NCBI RefSeq assembly: GCF_000143415.4
Contig: NW_003314356.1
Span: 124,001-188,000, forward strand
Length of the DNA stretch: 64,000 nt
DNA from: Selaginella moellendorffii
Lineage: Eukaryota > Plantae > Lycopodiophyta
Reading direction: 5' to 3'
The notes under the pieces are model-generated. The model was not told where the DNA came from, ran no database searches, and saw nothing but the letters and a program-made list of their open reading frames with translations. Made by a program: the position numbers and the translations under genes. This document shows, in pieces, positions 13,041 through 25,850 of the stretch; position 1 is the stretch's first letter; each line of letters starts with the position of its first letter.

Positions 13041-14490
13041 TTTCTCTATAGCATAGCTTGGATGCTATCAAGCCTTGATGCTACCTGGCCTTGACCTCAT
13101 TGAACACCTAAATGTAACAACGCCCTTGTGCTTGAGAAGATCTAAACGTTGCAACGTTGAGCCCAAGAAACCCAGTTGACAGGCGGATGGGATTCATCCT
13201 TCAAAGACTAACGGTCTAGATCGCATCCTAGCAGGACATACAAAAGTTGTAGGATGACATACAGCAGTTGTAAGAGTTATGTGGAAATTGCAGACAATCC
13301 TCTTACTTTGATGGTGCACGCGAATACTTCTTTCAGCATAAGAACTACATAATCTGGCATTGTTCTATTTCCTGACTTTCCAATAACTGTCTTCAAGATT
13401 GGTTTCAATGAAATATTAACAAACACTTCCCACCTTGTATTTCGTTATGTAAAATGTAATGTAACTTTGACGACGTACTGGCTTTCAGGTTTCTCTCTTT
13501 CCAGACCGTGCTCATCCAACAATGGAAGGCGACAGGAAAAGTAATAAAGTCAACTGGACTCTGGAGCTTGGCTGCTGGGACAATTTCACTGAGCAAACGA
13601 AGTGATGTGTACAGTCGGAATTCTATGAGCTTACAGCCACAACAGAGTCCCTGGTACACTATTGAACGAAATCCTCCTCCATGCTCTTGGGTACCAACAA
13701 ACAGCACCATTGAAACTTCAGCTTGTCAACACGGTGGAAGAGTCCCTTGGTGAACTGGAGACACCTGTAACAATTTAGTTTGCTGTTTTTCCTTGGAAGT
13801 CACAATTCGAAAAGATGAGGGTAATAATAAGCCAAACCATGAGAAAAAATCATAAAAAGAGAGAGCGTGGGAAGAGCCTAGCTTCCTAATTGCTTATTGT
13901 CCTATGCCAATGAAAGGTTGTTCAAGCTATAATTTCGGTAGCTAAAACGATAAATTCCTTAAAAGCAAGTTAAAAGCAAGTAATGGAAAGAGAGTTTGTT
14001 CAACGAGACTGTGGAATCCATCATAGAATGTGACGTAATATCTCTTCTCTGCATATACTAAAATGTCTCCTGATGGAGCTGAAAACAGACTCACACAAGA
14101 TTCTGTAGTGTTCAAGGTTATCTTTTAGAATATCAAAGAGTGTGGGAAGAGGCCAGCAGATTTTCATATTGGGCTTTATAGCGTGTTTCTTCTTGGTTTT
14201 TTTCTTAATATTTTAGCTGCCAAATAGTTTGACTTTATAGATTTCTCATGGAAAATCTCAATATGGATTTATGTGCCCTAGAACAATCCCAATCAAGATC
14301 ATGTGTAGCTGAGTTGAATTTCCATATGATCTGATACAGAAGCCAAACGCTCCTTCCACCAGAGGTAGAGTGATTTGTTAAATCACCCATTCTTTTGGAA
14401 TTTGGATCAAGCGTTTCAAATCTTCCAAGAAGATAAGCTTCAACCATGTGGTGAATGGGGAGTTCCTAAAAGTTTACTTGAAAGAAGATC

Positions 14491-14518
14491 TCCCAGCAGA
14501 GCTGGAATCCCTGCCAAT
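14491..14518 (+). mobile_element. Degenerate Helitron 3' terminus
   Basis: Hairpin CCAGC-aga-GCTGG, then aatccctgCCAA|T, with the same spacing as the CTAG ends elsewhere. Confidence 0.5.
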
Positions 14519-14989
14519 TACACCTCTACTTGCAGGTGATTGTGGTAACAGCTCATTGTCATTGGATAAATTTCTAGAAGACTTGCTAGCAGTGGGGAAG
14601 ATGCAAGGAGAGAATTAATGGCAACACTGCTATATTTCTTCTTTTTCCCCTCTTTCCATTTTTTTTTATAAACTGTGGCTTACCAACCTTAAAAAGGGAC
14701 AATCCCAGGATCTTTGCCAGTAATTCTTCCCCTCTTCTATATGGCAAGAGTGGATGCAAGTGCTTAGCACTCTTGTCTGACCTAAGACGACCTCCCTACA
14801 GTGCCTCGCCACCTTTCTCTTTGAACTTTTTCTTTGACAAGTCGCGAGCTTGCATCATGCACCTACAAAGTTACTGTGACTAACTTGTAACATCAAAAGC
14901 TGTAAATGACTATTAACACTTTTTTAGACATGGCTATCTCTTCTTTTATTTTCAGACTTACATGTTGTTCTGCTCCAAAGTATATATAA

Positions 14990-15190
14990 CAACATCTTTT
15001 CATTTTGAAAACTTTCTCTACTTTTCCCAGCGGAGCTGGGAGCCCTGTGAGTACTCCCTGGCATCTGGTGTCTTTCATTACATTTTTAGAATATTATTTA
15101 TGGATATATTTAAAATCTGATGGTTGATATTTAAAACAACAGCCTAGATTAAAACACATGGCATAAGGGTGTAAGTGGCAATAGCGAATG
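14990..15190 (+). mobile_element. Helitron 3' end fused directly to a Helitron 5' segment (head-to-tail junction at 15051/15052)
   Basis: 14990-15051 resembles 8704-8764 (hairpin TCCCAGC-gga-GCTGGGA, then gccctgTGAG|T). From 15052 (TACTCCC-TGGCATCTGG...CATTTTTAGAATATT) the sequence resembles 18374-18530. Confidence 0.6.
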
Positions 15191-16134
15191 CACTAGGCTT
15201 TAATGGATGCAAATAGAGATTCAATCCATAGGGAGGGCCCAATTCTTACGCATTTCAACAGTTGTATGAAATGGGAATCTTGGGCAGAGGAGGACGCTCT
15301 CAGCCATCAGGGAACAGTTTTTTCTGGATTGATATGGACTTCATGGTTGTCACTTATGTACTGTATTGCTGAGCCTGCATCAACCAGAAGCTGGCCAGGA
15401 TTAGGAAGGATGTGGAGCTCAAACTGACAAAGATTCCTTCAAAGTGGGACAAACTTGGAATGGCAAATTCCTATTCAAGGCTGCTTCCTGTGCTAGTCTG
15501 CAACGGAAAAAGGATCAACTCTTGCAAAAAAAACAGTCGTACTCCAAACGTGGGTGGCACAGGACTACAAGCCAATTTGGCATGAGGATTGACAATCTAT
15601 CACAAAGCCACCATATGCATATGCAAAACCCTCCCGGAGTGACAGATTTGAACCGCCATTTAAAATACTATATAACATTTTTGTGCACAACCGTTTCTAA
15701 CAATATGTCACAATCTCAACTGTCAACCGTCCATGTTGCACATCACTGGATTGGAAAAGAGAATATCTATCCCCCAATGCCAATAGAAGCAGGAAGATCT
15801 TTTAGAAGTTAAAGAAGTACCTCTTTCCATAGGAAGACACACTTACCTTAAGCTTTTATGTTCGAGATAGATAAAATGAGAAATAGGGAGTCAGCCTCTT
15901 CCCACGCTCTTCACCTTTGTGCCAGTGCAACAAGCTAGTTTATTTTTATCTTTTTTTTACTTGACTTTGTCCTAAACATTTGCCAGAGTAAATACTGGTA
16001 CTTTGATCTATTGCCAATGGCTTAAAGAGATCAAGAGAAAGATATTGCATTATATATTTAAATAAAACAAAAGACAAAGAAGCAAGAACTGTTTTAAACG
16101 AAACCGTGAAAGAGAATGTCTGACTAATATAATT

Positions 16135-18254
16135 TTATCTTTTTGCAAGGTCGCACATTAGCTTGAGGTGTCTGACTTTCTGATGTTGCATACTCTCGAA
16201 AGTACCATAGTCTTCAATCAAGGTGTCCATGATACCTGTTACATATAAAGAAGAAAAAACTAAAATTAAGCTAACAGCTAGCTACCTGAGCAGACATCAA
16301 ACATTCCAAAATCCATGTATTCCGTATAGTGATGGATATACACCCGTTTTCTAAACAACATGTTGAACGAGTGTTTCATAGCTAACAGCCGATTCCTGAA
16401 AGATCTTGACACTAGGTATATAGATTCTGGTTGTAGATACCTGATACAAGTGTTATTTGCAAGGCATACAAGGGACAGGGGTATTCCAGAAGCGGGCTGA
16501 TGACAAACACCAACTTTAAAACCGCCAGTATTCCAGTGAATCTGTGAAATAGGAGTAAAAAGTTAGTACACAAAATTCAAATATACGAAACCATGTTTAG
16601 ACGTTGGCTTGATCGGACAATATTCTCATTTACATCCGAAATGCTACACGGTGTCCCTCTTAACAGAAATGCGCAATTAAAATATACAGATTCCAAAGGG
16701 TTAGATTTTATAAGATAATTGTCTTTTGAGAGAGCATCACTGAAAAGCTGAACAATGACAGACAGGATCAGTCATCATATACAATCCGAATTACAAAGAC
16801 CTGATTAACGAGCTTTGTGTGCTGGTTGGGATGCCAGGGTAATTTCCCTAAATAATTAAATTTAGCACGAAATTCGAAGAGCGTTGGGTTACCTTTAGGT
16901 GTAAAAAGTGCCATGCTTGATATGAGGTAATGTAAACGCGGATAGGGTATTAGATTTGTAGTAATTTCGTTCAAATCGACTGTCAAATACGAATTATACA
17001 AAATTGCAAAGAAATGCCAGGCATATTGCACCGTTAAGCTGGCCCTCAAAACGCATAGAACTGGTTAGATTCAAAAGCAGTGAAGAGACTAAAGCATTCA
17101 TTGCGTCGAAAGGCGCCTTATTCCTTCCTTCTTCAGATGATTGACATTTATGTTGGCCTTTTTTTCTGTTAAAGTCACAGTTACAATGAATTATTTTGAG
17201 CATGAAATCTGGAACCTAAGTATGTCTATAAGAGCCTGGTTTTCAATTGGAAAAACACAATCCGCATGTTGAGTGAGGGATCCAATAGATAGAACACTAA
17301 ATTAGGATGCAAAGTTTAGCATTTAATGAGCCTTTAAAGGTACCTGTTATAAGGCGATGTAATAACGTCGTCATCTGTGGATGGGAAAAGAGATGCAGAA
17401 AATCTAAAAACTTTCGGATAAGCATCCTATGCGGCATTCGTTAATACTTGTAAAAGATGTTATCGATGCAATTACATGCAAAAGTTCCAGAATGTAGCTT
17501 CCAAGACCAGAACCAGTTCCTCCTCCAAGTGAATGCAAGAGAAAAAAACCCTGCAATGAACTGCAAATCTCTGCCTGGGGAAAACGTTGTTTGAGGTTCA
17601 TATTTCTTTTGTACCTCACGGCGTACTTTTTCGATAATAGTATCCGAGTACTTTGGACCGTAAAAGTTATGTCCATGAGCCCTTCACGGCAGCAAACAAT
17701 GATTGTGGTTACGAATTCTCATTGATAATTATACCAGTTGTTTCCGGAGCCAGAGATATCAGTGATAAGCTGTGTTGAATTGAACAACTCGGATAAATTG
17801 CCCTAAAGAATATTTTAAATTTTAGAAGAAAAATTTGTATGCAGACCCTTAAAAGCTGATTCACAACTCCTTCTTCCATATCCACTAAGACTGCCCTGGC
17901 CTACAAAAACAGATGTAAGGAAAGGAGAGACTATGGAGTATAACTTTTAAGGTAAATATCGGATGAGTCCCATCCCCAACTGGAAGGTTGATAGGAGGAC
18001 AAAAGCGAGCATCTACATTGTGGAAGTAGCTGAAGCACAAGGAGTTTGTTACGTATAATGATAATCACAATACCTGCTTAAAGAATCGTCAAACCACCCA
18101 TTTGAATTACAGGCAGCGTGCTCCTTGAGTGCCATTTCCCAAAATTTGTATCCAAGCTGTGCTAAAAATACTCCACATTAAACGAAAGAGGATTGGGTAG
18201 AAGAACCTGATTGCCGCATTGTCCACATTGGATGGTGATAACCTCTCTTGGCAT
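16135..18254 (-). CDS. TUBE1: Epsilon-tubulin; multi-exon
   Basis: Starts [16 protein letters not shown], then [78 protein letters not shown]. The N-terminus and the DMEEGV motif are epsilon-type. Confidence 0.92.
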
Positions 18255-18596
18255 TATCTTTTACCCTAATTAGGTGGACCAATGGGATATGTGGAAATTG
18301 CCACATCAGAATGAAAAGGGCAAAAGGGGCAAGAGGCTCTGCGTCGTTTAGAATTTGAAACTTCAAATCATCTTACTCCCTTATTTAAACGTGCTATTGG
18401 CATATGGCATCTGGCATCTTTTATTCCATTTTTAGAATATTTTTTCTGAATATACTTATAATTTAACGGTTCAAATTCAAAAACGTCAAATAGATGGCAT
18501 AGATCAAGTGCCAAAGGGGTGGCAACGCTTCAACTTTGAATTGAATGACCTTCCAAATCAAGTGAATTTTTAGGACGTTCAGGCAGATTGTAAGCT

Positions 18597-18600
<4 letters not shown>

Positions 18601-18676
<76 letters not shown>
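18601..18676 (+). repeat. (TC)38 microsatellite
   Basis: Uninterrupted TC run upstream of the kelch fragment. Confidence 0.98.
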
Positions 18677-18678
<2 letters not shown>

Positions 18679-18864
18679 GTGGCACTGGCTTCATTCATTC
18701 ATAGTAAATTCATATACTATTTCACTCTCTTGCTTCTTCCCTATTCTCTTTCGAGGCTTAAAGTTCCGGTTTGCTCGAGGCTGGAACCACATTGAGAGTG
18801 ATTCCTATTTTGCAGCGCTATAAACCCTGTAGTCTCTCTTTTACACTTGTATTTTAGGGTAAAG

Positions 18865-20520
18865 ATGAAGTGGGCGCCTCGTCGATCCAGCGATCAGCTC
18901 CAGCAGCAGCAGCCGGGGTGCAAATGGGGCCACACCTGCAATGCGGTCAGGAATCTCATCTACATTTTCGGTGGCTATGGCCGGGACGAGTGCCAGACCA
19001 ACGATGTTCACGTCTTCGACATTGGTATAAGTTTTCTCTTCTGGGTTTTCTGGAAAATATGGTTTTGATCATGTTTTTGGTGGGATCGCGCAGGGACATA
19101 CACCTGGAGCAAGCCTGTGATGAAAGGAATGCACCCTTCTCCTCGGGACAGCCACAGCTCCACGGCCGTCGGGTCTAAGCTCTATGTGTTTGGTGGTACC
19201 AATGGAACCAGCCCGCTCGACGATCTCTTTGTTTTGGATACTGGTAAGCTCCGAGTTTTATCTATTTTTTTTTCTTGTTTTTATCAACAATGCAGCTACC
19301 AACACCTGGGGGAAACCCGACGTTTTTGGTGATGTTCCTGCTCTGAGAGAAGGACATAGCGTGTCTCTCATTGGTGACAACCTGTTCGTGTTTGGGAGAT
19401 GAGGGAAATCCAGTGATCCCTCAGAGGAGGAGTACTACAACGACCTCCATGTTTTGAACACGAGTAATATCCTGTTATCTTTCCTTGTTTTCTTCTAAAT
19501 TTTTTTTTTCCCTATAGATACTTTGTCTGGAAGAAGATTTCTACCACTGGAGTCTTGCCTATTCCTCGGGATAGCCATACCTGCTCTTCCTATAAGAACT
19601 GTTTCGTTGTCATGGGTGGCAAGGACGGTGGTAATGCCTATCTAAACGACGTTCATATTCTGGACACAGGTATATACATTGTGCTGGTTTTAAACTTGCG
19701 AATTCATTTGCGTTTCCAGAAACAATGGCATGGCGGGAGGTAAAGACGACTGGTGCCGAGCTGATGCCAAGAGCCAGGCACACAACAATCAGCCATGGAA
19801 AGTATCTTGTCGTGTTTGGAGGATTCTCCGATGATCGCAAGCTATTCAATGACGTCCATACTCTCGACTTAAGTATGTGCACTTGTAGGTAGATTTGTTT
19901 CCTGTTGGTCTCTCATGGGGCTTTTACGTATTTTGTAGCGACTGGTGTTTGGGCGACTTCGAATCCCTCTGGTCCTGGGCCTTCTCCACGTTTCTCCCTT
20001 GCAGGAGATTCTGTGAACGCAGAGCGAGGCATATTATTCTTCTATGGGGGATGAGAGCTTGAAGCTCTGGATGATATGTATTTTCTCGGCACAGGTTGGC
20101 TTCTTCTTTTATTGACATTGCTGCCATTCTTGACAATATGGTTGCCGTTTTTCTGTGAAGAGATGCTGAGGGAGAAAGATCCATCAGAACCAAAGCTATC
20201 CATGCGTAAGGAACTTAAGAGAAGGCGGCAAGAGTATCATGCCACGCCATTTATGCTAGACAAGCAACGGGATGTGGACAAGAGCTTGGTTTCGTCTCAC
20301 GGAGGTATCTGTGGAAAACCTTGGACCTCTCCAATTTTTACCTGTCAAACTCATGCTACAGAGTTTCAAGCTCATGTTCAGCCGCTAGGCGAGAAGATGT
20401 TTGAGGCTAGAGTAAGCGATGTATTCAACTAGAAGCCTCCATTGATGGGAAGCTCTTCCGTGGGCTGCTCTTTTCGTACAAGCCTGGCTTTGCTCAGGCA
20501 GTGCAATCTTACATGGCGAG
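18865..20520 (+). pseudogene. Kelch-repeat (galactose oxidase/kelch) protein fragment with introns and nonsense codons
   Basis: Repeats KWGHTC..YIFGGYG, PRDSHS..YVFGG, REGHS..FVFG, PRDSHTC..VMGG, PRARHT..VFGG. Stops at about 19400 and about 20430. Confidence 0.85.
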
Positions 20521-20736
20521 GTTTGTTTCGTTTGATCCTCAGTTACTCTCTAAAGCCACTTATTTTTGTTCTCTACCTACCCACTTTATTCCTATTGTGC
20601 AGAACTACTATAGCAGAGACCCCAATTCTGCTGGAATATAAATTGATACCAGAGCATTGATGAGCATCCTGCAGCTCAGTCAGAACTTTTTTTTTTGTCA
20701 AGGATATTTCACCTTATGATATGTTTAACTTTGCAG

Positions 20737-20905
20737 GTTGAGCTTGATTCCGAAGGAGCACATATGTACAATGCTGCTGTTGCTCTTCACGACACTATGA
20801 TCGAGCTTGAGGTCGCAATAGAAGGTGGAAAGGACAGCTTGTCAATGGCTGCTCAAGCAGGTGGTGAAACTGTCAAGGCACCTGGGAATCTCGTCATTAG
20901 TACAC
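20737..20905 (+). pseudogene. Phosphoribosylformylglycinamidine synthase (PurL/PUR4) single-exon fragment
   Basis: LDSEGAHMYNAAVALHDTMIELEVAIEGGKDSLSMAA...VKAPGNLVIS; GGKDSLSM is the PurL signature. Confidence 0.85.
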
Positions 20906-20960
20906 CAAACAGCTCTCTTTTCTTCTCGTGAGCGTACATTCTTCCTTTTTTCTTTCAAAA

Positions 20961-21860
20961 GGTACTCCAACACTAGAGCATACAGTCAATCCAAGCTCGC
21001 GAACATCTTCCACGCCAAAGAACTGGCAATGAGATTCAAGGTATTAGTCAATGCTTTCTCTTTCGCTGATTAGGCCGAAGGAGTTGACATCACAGCCAAT
21101 GCTGTTCATCCAGGGTTCATAGTGACACCTTTGACGCAGTGCACACTCTACATAATGAGCTTGTCTCTTTGCCTCGTTTGTTTGCCTCAATGAAAGGAGG
21201 TAAGGTTTTACTCTGATATTAGGATGTTGATGATACATAATCTTTTTTTCCTAAGAAAATAATATATCAGAAAATTTAACTATGGTCCATAGATTGATTT
21301 AATAATAATAAAAGCTTAGGTGATGATGAATCATATTTTTTAAGATGGTAGCCTTTTGTATTGTGTTTAATGTTGTCTCAATCATATTTTTACCTTTACA
21401 CCATTGTATTTATTTTTATATTTTCATGTATCAATGCACAAAAAGATTACTCTTAAAAACAGTATTATAACTTTATGATATCACACAAATCTTAAACTAT
21501 ATCTACTTTGATGCCATACACACCCTACATAATGAGTTTGTTTTTGGTTACTTATGGAACTTTGATCTTCATGCAGGGGTTCTCAAGTTCTTCTCCAGCT
21601 TCCTTTGGAAAAATGTGCCACAGATAAGAAGAATTCTCCCAATAATCTGGAAGTTTTTCGTGACTAATATGTGATTGATCTCTCAGGGCGCTGCTACGAC
21701 GTGCTACGCGGCTTTACATCCAAGCCTCAAGGACGTCACTGGGCAATACTTCGTGGATTCCAACAAATCCAACTGTAGCGCTTATGGCAGAGATCCTGAG
21801 CTTGCTCACAAGCTATGGACCTTCTCCCAGGACTTTATAGATAAGCATTCTCCATCCTAA
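20961..21860 (+). pseudogene. Short-chain dehydrogenase (Tic32/RDH-like), C-terminal exons only
   Basis: AYSQSKLANIFHAKEL, ITANAVHPG, QGAATTCYAALHP...GQYFVDSN. The N-terminal Rossmann half is absent. Confidence 0.85.
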
Positions 21861-21984
21861 AGGTAAAAGGTTGATGGTGCTAGAGAGCGAGCAAGCAAAC
21901 CAGGACAACTCAGCAATGATTTGTGGATAGACTGTATTTACTCTTCTCAAAAGCTCGAGCTCGAGCTTGAACAAAAGTAAGATG

Positions 21985-22905
21985 CGTTGCCTACATTGCA
22001 CATGACTAAAACTTTGGTTTCGAGCATGTCGTCCATCACATACTTGACACCCTCTCGTTGGATTCCAGAGTCTTTGATCCCACTGTATGGCTGGCTATCA
22101 ACGCACATGCTTGGCGAATTGTTGAGGCAAACTCCTCCAGCCTGTGAGGATCAAATAATTATCAAACAGTCGATCAATACTTTCTATATCTCAAACGCAA
22201 AGCTACCTCTATATGCTCAAACGCATAGAAGGCCTTGTTTTGATCACACATAAAGATGCCAGCTTGGAGTCCGTAATGCGTGCTGTTAGCTTCCATCACG
22301 GCTTCCTTGAAATCACTGCGTCACCACCGTTTAAGTTTAGAGAAAAGAAAAGGAAGTAAAGAAGAACTTCGGGAGCTAAGAAACTTTGAGAGCTGACTTG
22401 TATGAGTAGAGAAGGATCACAGGACTAAAAATCTCTTCCTTCCTTGTGTCCGTGTCAAAGGGAGCGTCTTCCAGGATCATTGGCTCCATGAAAGCTCCCC
22501 TTCGCTTACCACCAACTAAAAGTTTGGTGCCTGCCTTCACTGCCTCGTTCACACTCTTCTCCACTGTAGCTGCTGAAGACTCAGATATCATGGGCCTGAT
22601 TGACGTGTCATCTTGGCGAGGATCTCCACCTTTGAGTTTCTTAACGGCAGCGATCAATGCATCGTTCACCTACACAACCAGCACCAAATACGTAGATCAA
22701 AGCTCGATTTGAGAACAAAGAATATGATAGAATTTAAAGACAAGTGTTGGATACCTCACCTTTCACCTAAAGACGCTGCATGTGAATGCACAACTGGCCG
22801 CTCTGATAGAATCCCTCATGGATCAACCTAGCGATTGTACCTTCCAAGTGTGGAACGAGATCTTCCACTAAGCATGGAGCATTGCCTCCAGCTCCATAAC
22901 CACCT
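21985..22905 (-). pseudogene. Aldehyde dehydrogenase (ALDH21-like) C-terminal fragment
   Basis: ELEAMLH/GGNAP-like region, FYQSGQ, GDP...PMISE, EEIFSPV, YGLQAGIF, YSGIKDSGIQREGVKY. Frameshifts present and no N-terminus. The subfamily call is less certain than the ALDH call. Confidence 0.75.
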
Positions 22906-25339
22906 GTAACAGGAATCAAAGAAGTTGAAGAAAGCGAAGCTCCATCCGAAGGAAGATATAATAAAATATCATTATATTTTAGTATCTTTATAAGTATGAA
23001 TAATTTTCTAAAACAATTTTAGTCTTCAAGATTAGCATTTTCGACAACATCCATCTTACAACTGATATATATCCCAGCTGAAAATATGTTTCTTTTTTAA
23101 TAATTTTCTTTAAAAAAAGTTTTTATATTTTATGTAGATAATGGTATTCTATAGTATTTAATAAAGCCAAAAATTTCTTCAGTTATAAGGAAGCAGTTGT
23201 TCTTGCAATAAAAAATATATTTTAGTTATTCATGTATATAGTTGTATGTTAGATCTAATGCTAGAGCAAGATCAAAAGACTTATGTAAACCATATGTTTT
23301 AACTATAGAAGATAAATCATTTCGTCAATATTGAGACAAAAGATAAAACTCATGTAAAGCTGCTGGTAGATTTAAGTAAGATTATGAGCAAGAAGACTCA
23401 TTAAAAATATAAAAGATTTTGCTTAATTTTGAGATATTATTAAGATATGGATTTGATATTTGTATGTGTATGAGATATCTCATACCATATTAGATACCAT
23501 GTCATATAGTAGACATGAATGCATAGTTTTATCATGAAGCATTAGTACAGGTTTGTCCTAATACAAATATTATATCTCTAATGCAATTATTATCTTTCGA
23601 TGAAGATAAAAGAGAATATTAGTTTAAGAAGATCTATAAAGTTTCTCTTATGTAGAATTTTCTTGAAATAGTTTTTCTATCTTTGGATGGATGGTAAAAC
23701 TAGTGCATTGATATTTTATTTTATGTTTCCTTATCTTCCGTGATTTGTCATTGTAAGTATTATTTCTACAACAGCACAGAGGAGCCCAAAAAGTTGTTTA
23801 TCTATGATATAAGAACATAAACCTCTTAGTATATAAGGAGAAAGGTAAACAAGAAATACAACCTTAGCTCCTTTATACATGCAAAACTAAAGCAAAAACT
23901 TTGACACAATTAACAGCAAAATGCAAATTAAAAACACTTGATGCTATATACTTATATTTAATTTACTCCACACTACAGTTTTAAAATAACTTAAAACTGC
24001 TCTATGAAGTATATAAAATGTATAGACAAATTAATAATTGTCTATCATTAAAATAAACTACTCATTGCTATCTCTTATAGCATGATATCCAGATGACAAA
24101 TATTCCAAACCATCTTAAGTTCCACCAACTAATAAATCATAATGATATAACAAATGCATGATGCAATGAATATAGATGGTAGTAAATTCTTGAAAAAATT
24201 AACCTTGTATGCATTTAAAATAGTAAGTTTGCCAACCAAGATATATTTCCAGTAGAGTTGGGATCCTTGCTATGGCAAGAGAGCATGGGTCTCAGGAGAG
24301 TTATGGTTATTAGCTTTCATTCATGAGGGTGTAAACTTACAGAAAAAAGTATGGTGGATTATATGCAACAAAAAAGAACAACTTGAAAGATAATATATAG
24401 AAAATTAAATATAAATGGAAAGGATTTTTAAATAAAAAAGCACATTTTATTCTAATTGGTTAAGGGTATTAGGATACTTGGGGGGGTTAAATATCTTAGG
24501 GTTTGAGTAGGATGAACTCCCAAAATGTTGAAATTCAAATAAAACAAAACTTTCAGCTTCATATATATATAAATTGTATAAAGAATCTTACAATCTATTG
24601 TGTTGCAAAGAACTATTATGCATTATTTGGATTTTGTGACTTTATATTTTCTTAATATATCTAGAACCATTCTCCATTGCTGGCTTATGAGGTTTAATAT
24701 AAATGTGGTAGCAAGCTAAATATATTTATTTATGTATGTATAAATGTAAAACCAGACATATAATAGAAATTTTATTATTCTTTAGTAAATTATGAATGTT
24801 AGAGGCATAACTCAATATGCAATTAAAGTTATAATTTCTCCAAACTAAACTGTTATTTTTTGGTAATCTATGATTCTTTGGTTTTGTGAAAACTCAATTT
24901 CTTTTAAAGCATGGCAGAAATTTGTATATGTGTTTAGGGTTGTGCACCTTTTTATAAAGGCAATAAAAACATCTAATTCAAATTTAATAATGATAAAAAA
25001 TGATCTTACTTCCCCAACACACATTATTATCTATTTATATTATTGTACATTTCTCTGGATATGAATACTAAAAAATTTTAGTTAAATTTAACTTTATATA
25101 TAATAAAATTTTCTAATATTGTAAAATTAGAAAAGAAGAATTATTTATCTTGGCTATGTTATATCTCCCAGCAGAGCTGGGGTCTGTGCTAGTCCTTCTA
25201 TATTTAAAAGAGTAAGGGTGACATATTCAATTGAGATTCTTTTCAAGGTTAATGGTGGAGATGAAAACACATGGCAAAAAAACAGTTGAGGGTGAAACGT
25301 TTTTTTTTATAGTTTTTTTCAATGCATTTTTCCAGAAGA

Positions 25340-25850
25340 GCTTATCACCGCGGCTGCACACCATGAGGTTCGTTGCATGATTGCATTGGTTCTTACGTTA
25401 TATACTTTGTGCTCATGAATCTTTCCTTTACTGTCCAGTTTGTACTCAAAGATGCCGTCAAAGAGACCTCTGGCTTCCCACGGCACTTGTGGAATCGTGA
25501 ACAGACCATCTGATCACAATAGTGTGATGTCCAAAGGCTGCCAGACACTCAAGATTTCCACCCAGATCAACTTGAAAAGCATTCTACCATTCAGCCGGAG
25601 CACCTATATAATACACTTGTAAGTCTGTGAAAGCAGTTTACTGGATCTCTGAAATGTCCTCTCTGCACCAAACAAGATAAGCCACTCTACGTTTACTTCA
25701 TTCTCCTGTATATCTGATAGCTCAGATCTCCATGGAACAGAACAGGCAGCTCCTCCCTGAAAGTCTTGATGGCATAGCCTACATTGACATGGTAATCCAG
25801 ACTTCCTTCCTTGCTCTTTGCTACTAACAGATCCTCTACTTTGCTATTCA
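25340..25850 (-). pseudogene. DUF2358 (NTF2-like) gene fragment
   Basis: DYHVNVGYAIKTFREELPVLF...YQIY, EDISFRDP-like, WQP, VPWEARGLFDG..EYKLDSKGKIHEHKV; disrupted. Confidence 0.7.

Larger units (their letters stand above)
18371..25192 (+). mobile_element. Non-autonomous Helitron (about 6.8 kb) carrying captured gene fragments
   Basis: 5' end A|TCTTACTCCCTTATTTAAA at 18371. 3' hairpin CCCAGC-aga-GCTGGG at 25167-25181 and CTAG at 25189-25192, then T. Internal mosaic of unrelated gene pieces. Confidence 0.7.

Noticed and set aside
18865-22905. A functional metabolic gene cluster (kelch, PurL, SDR, ALDH)
   Set aside because: Each is partial and/or has stops and frameshifts; captured fragments explain them better.
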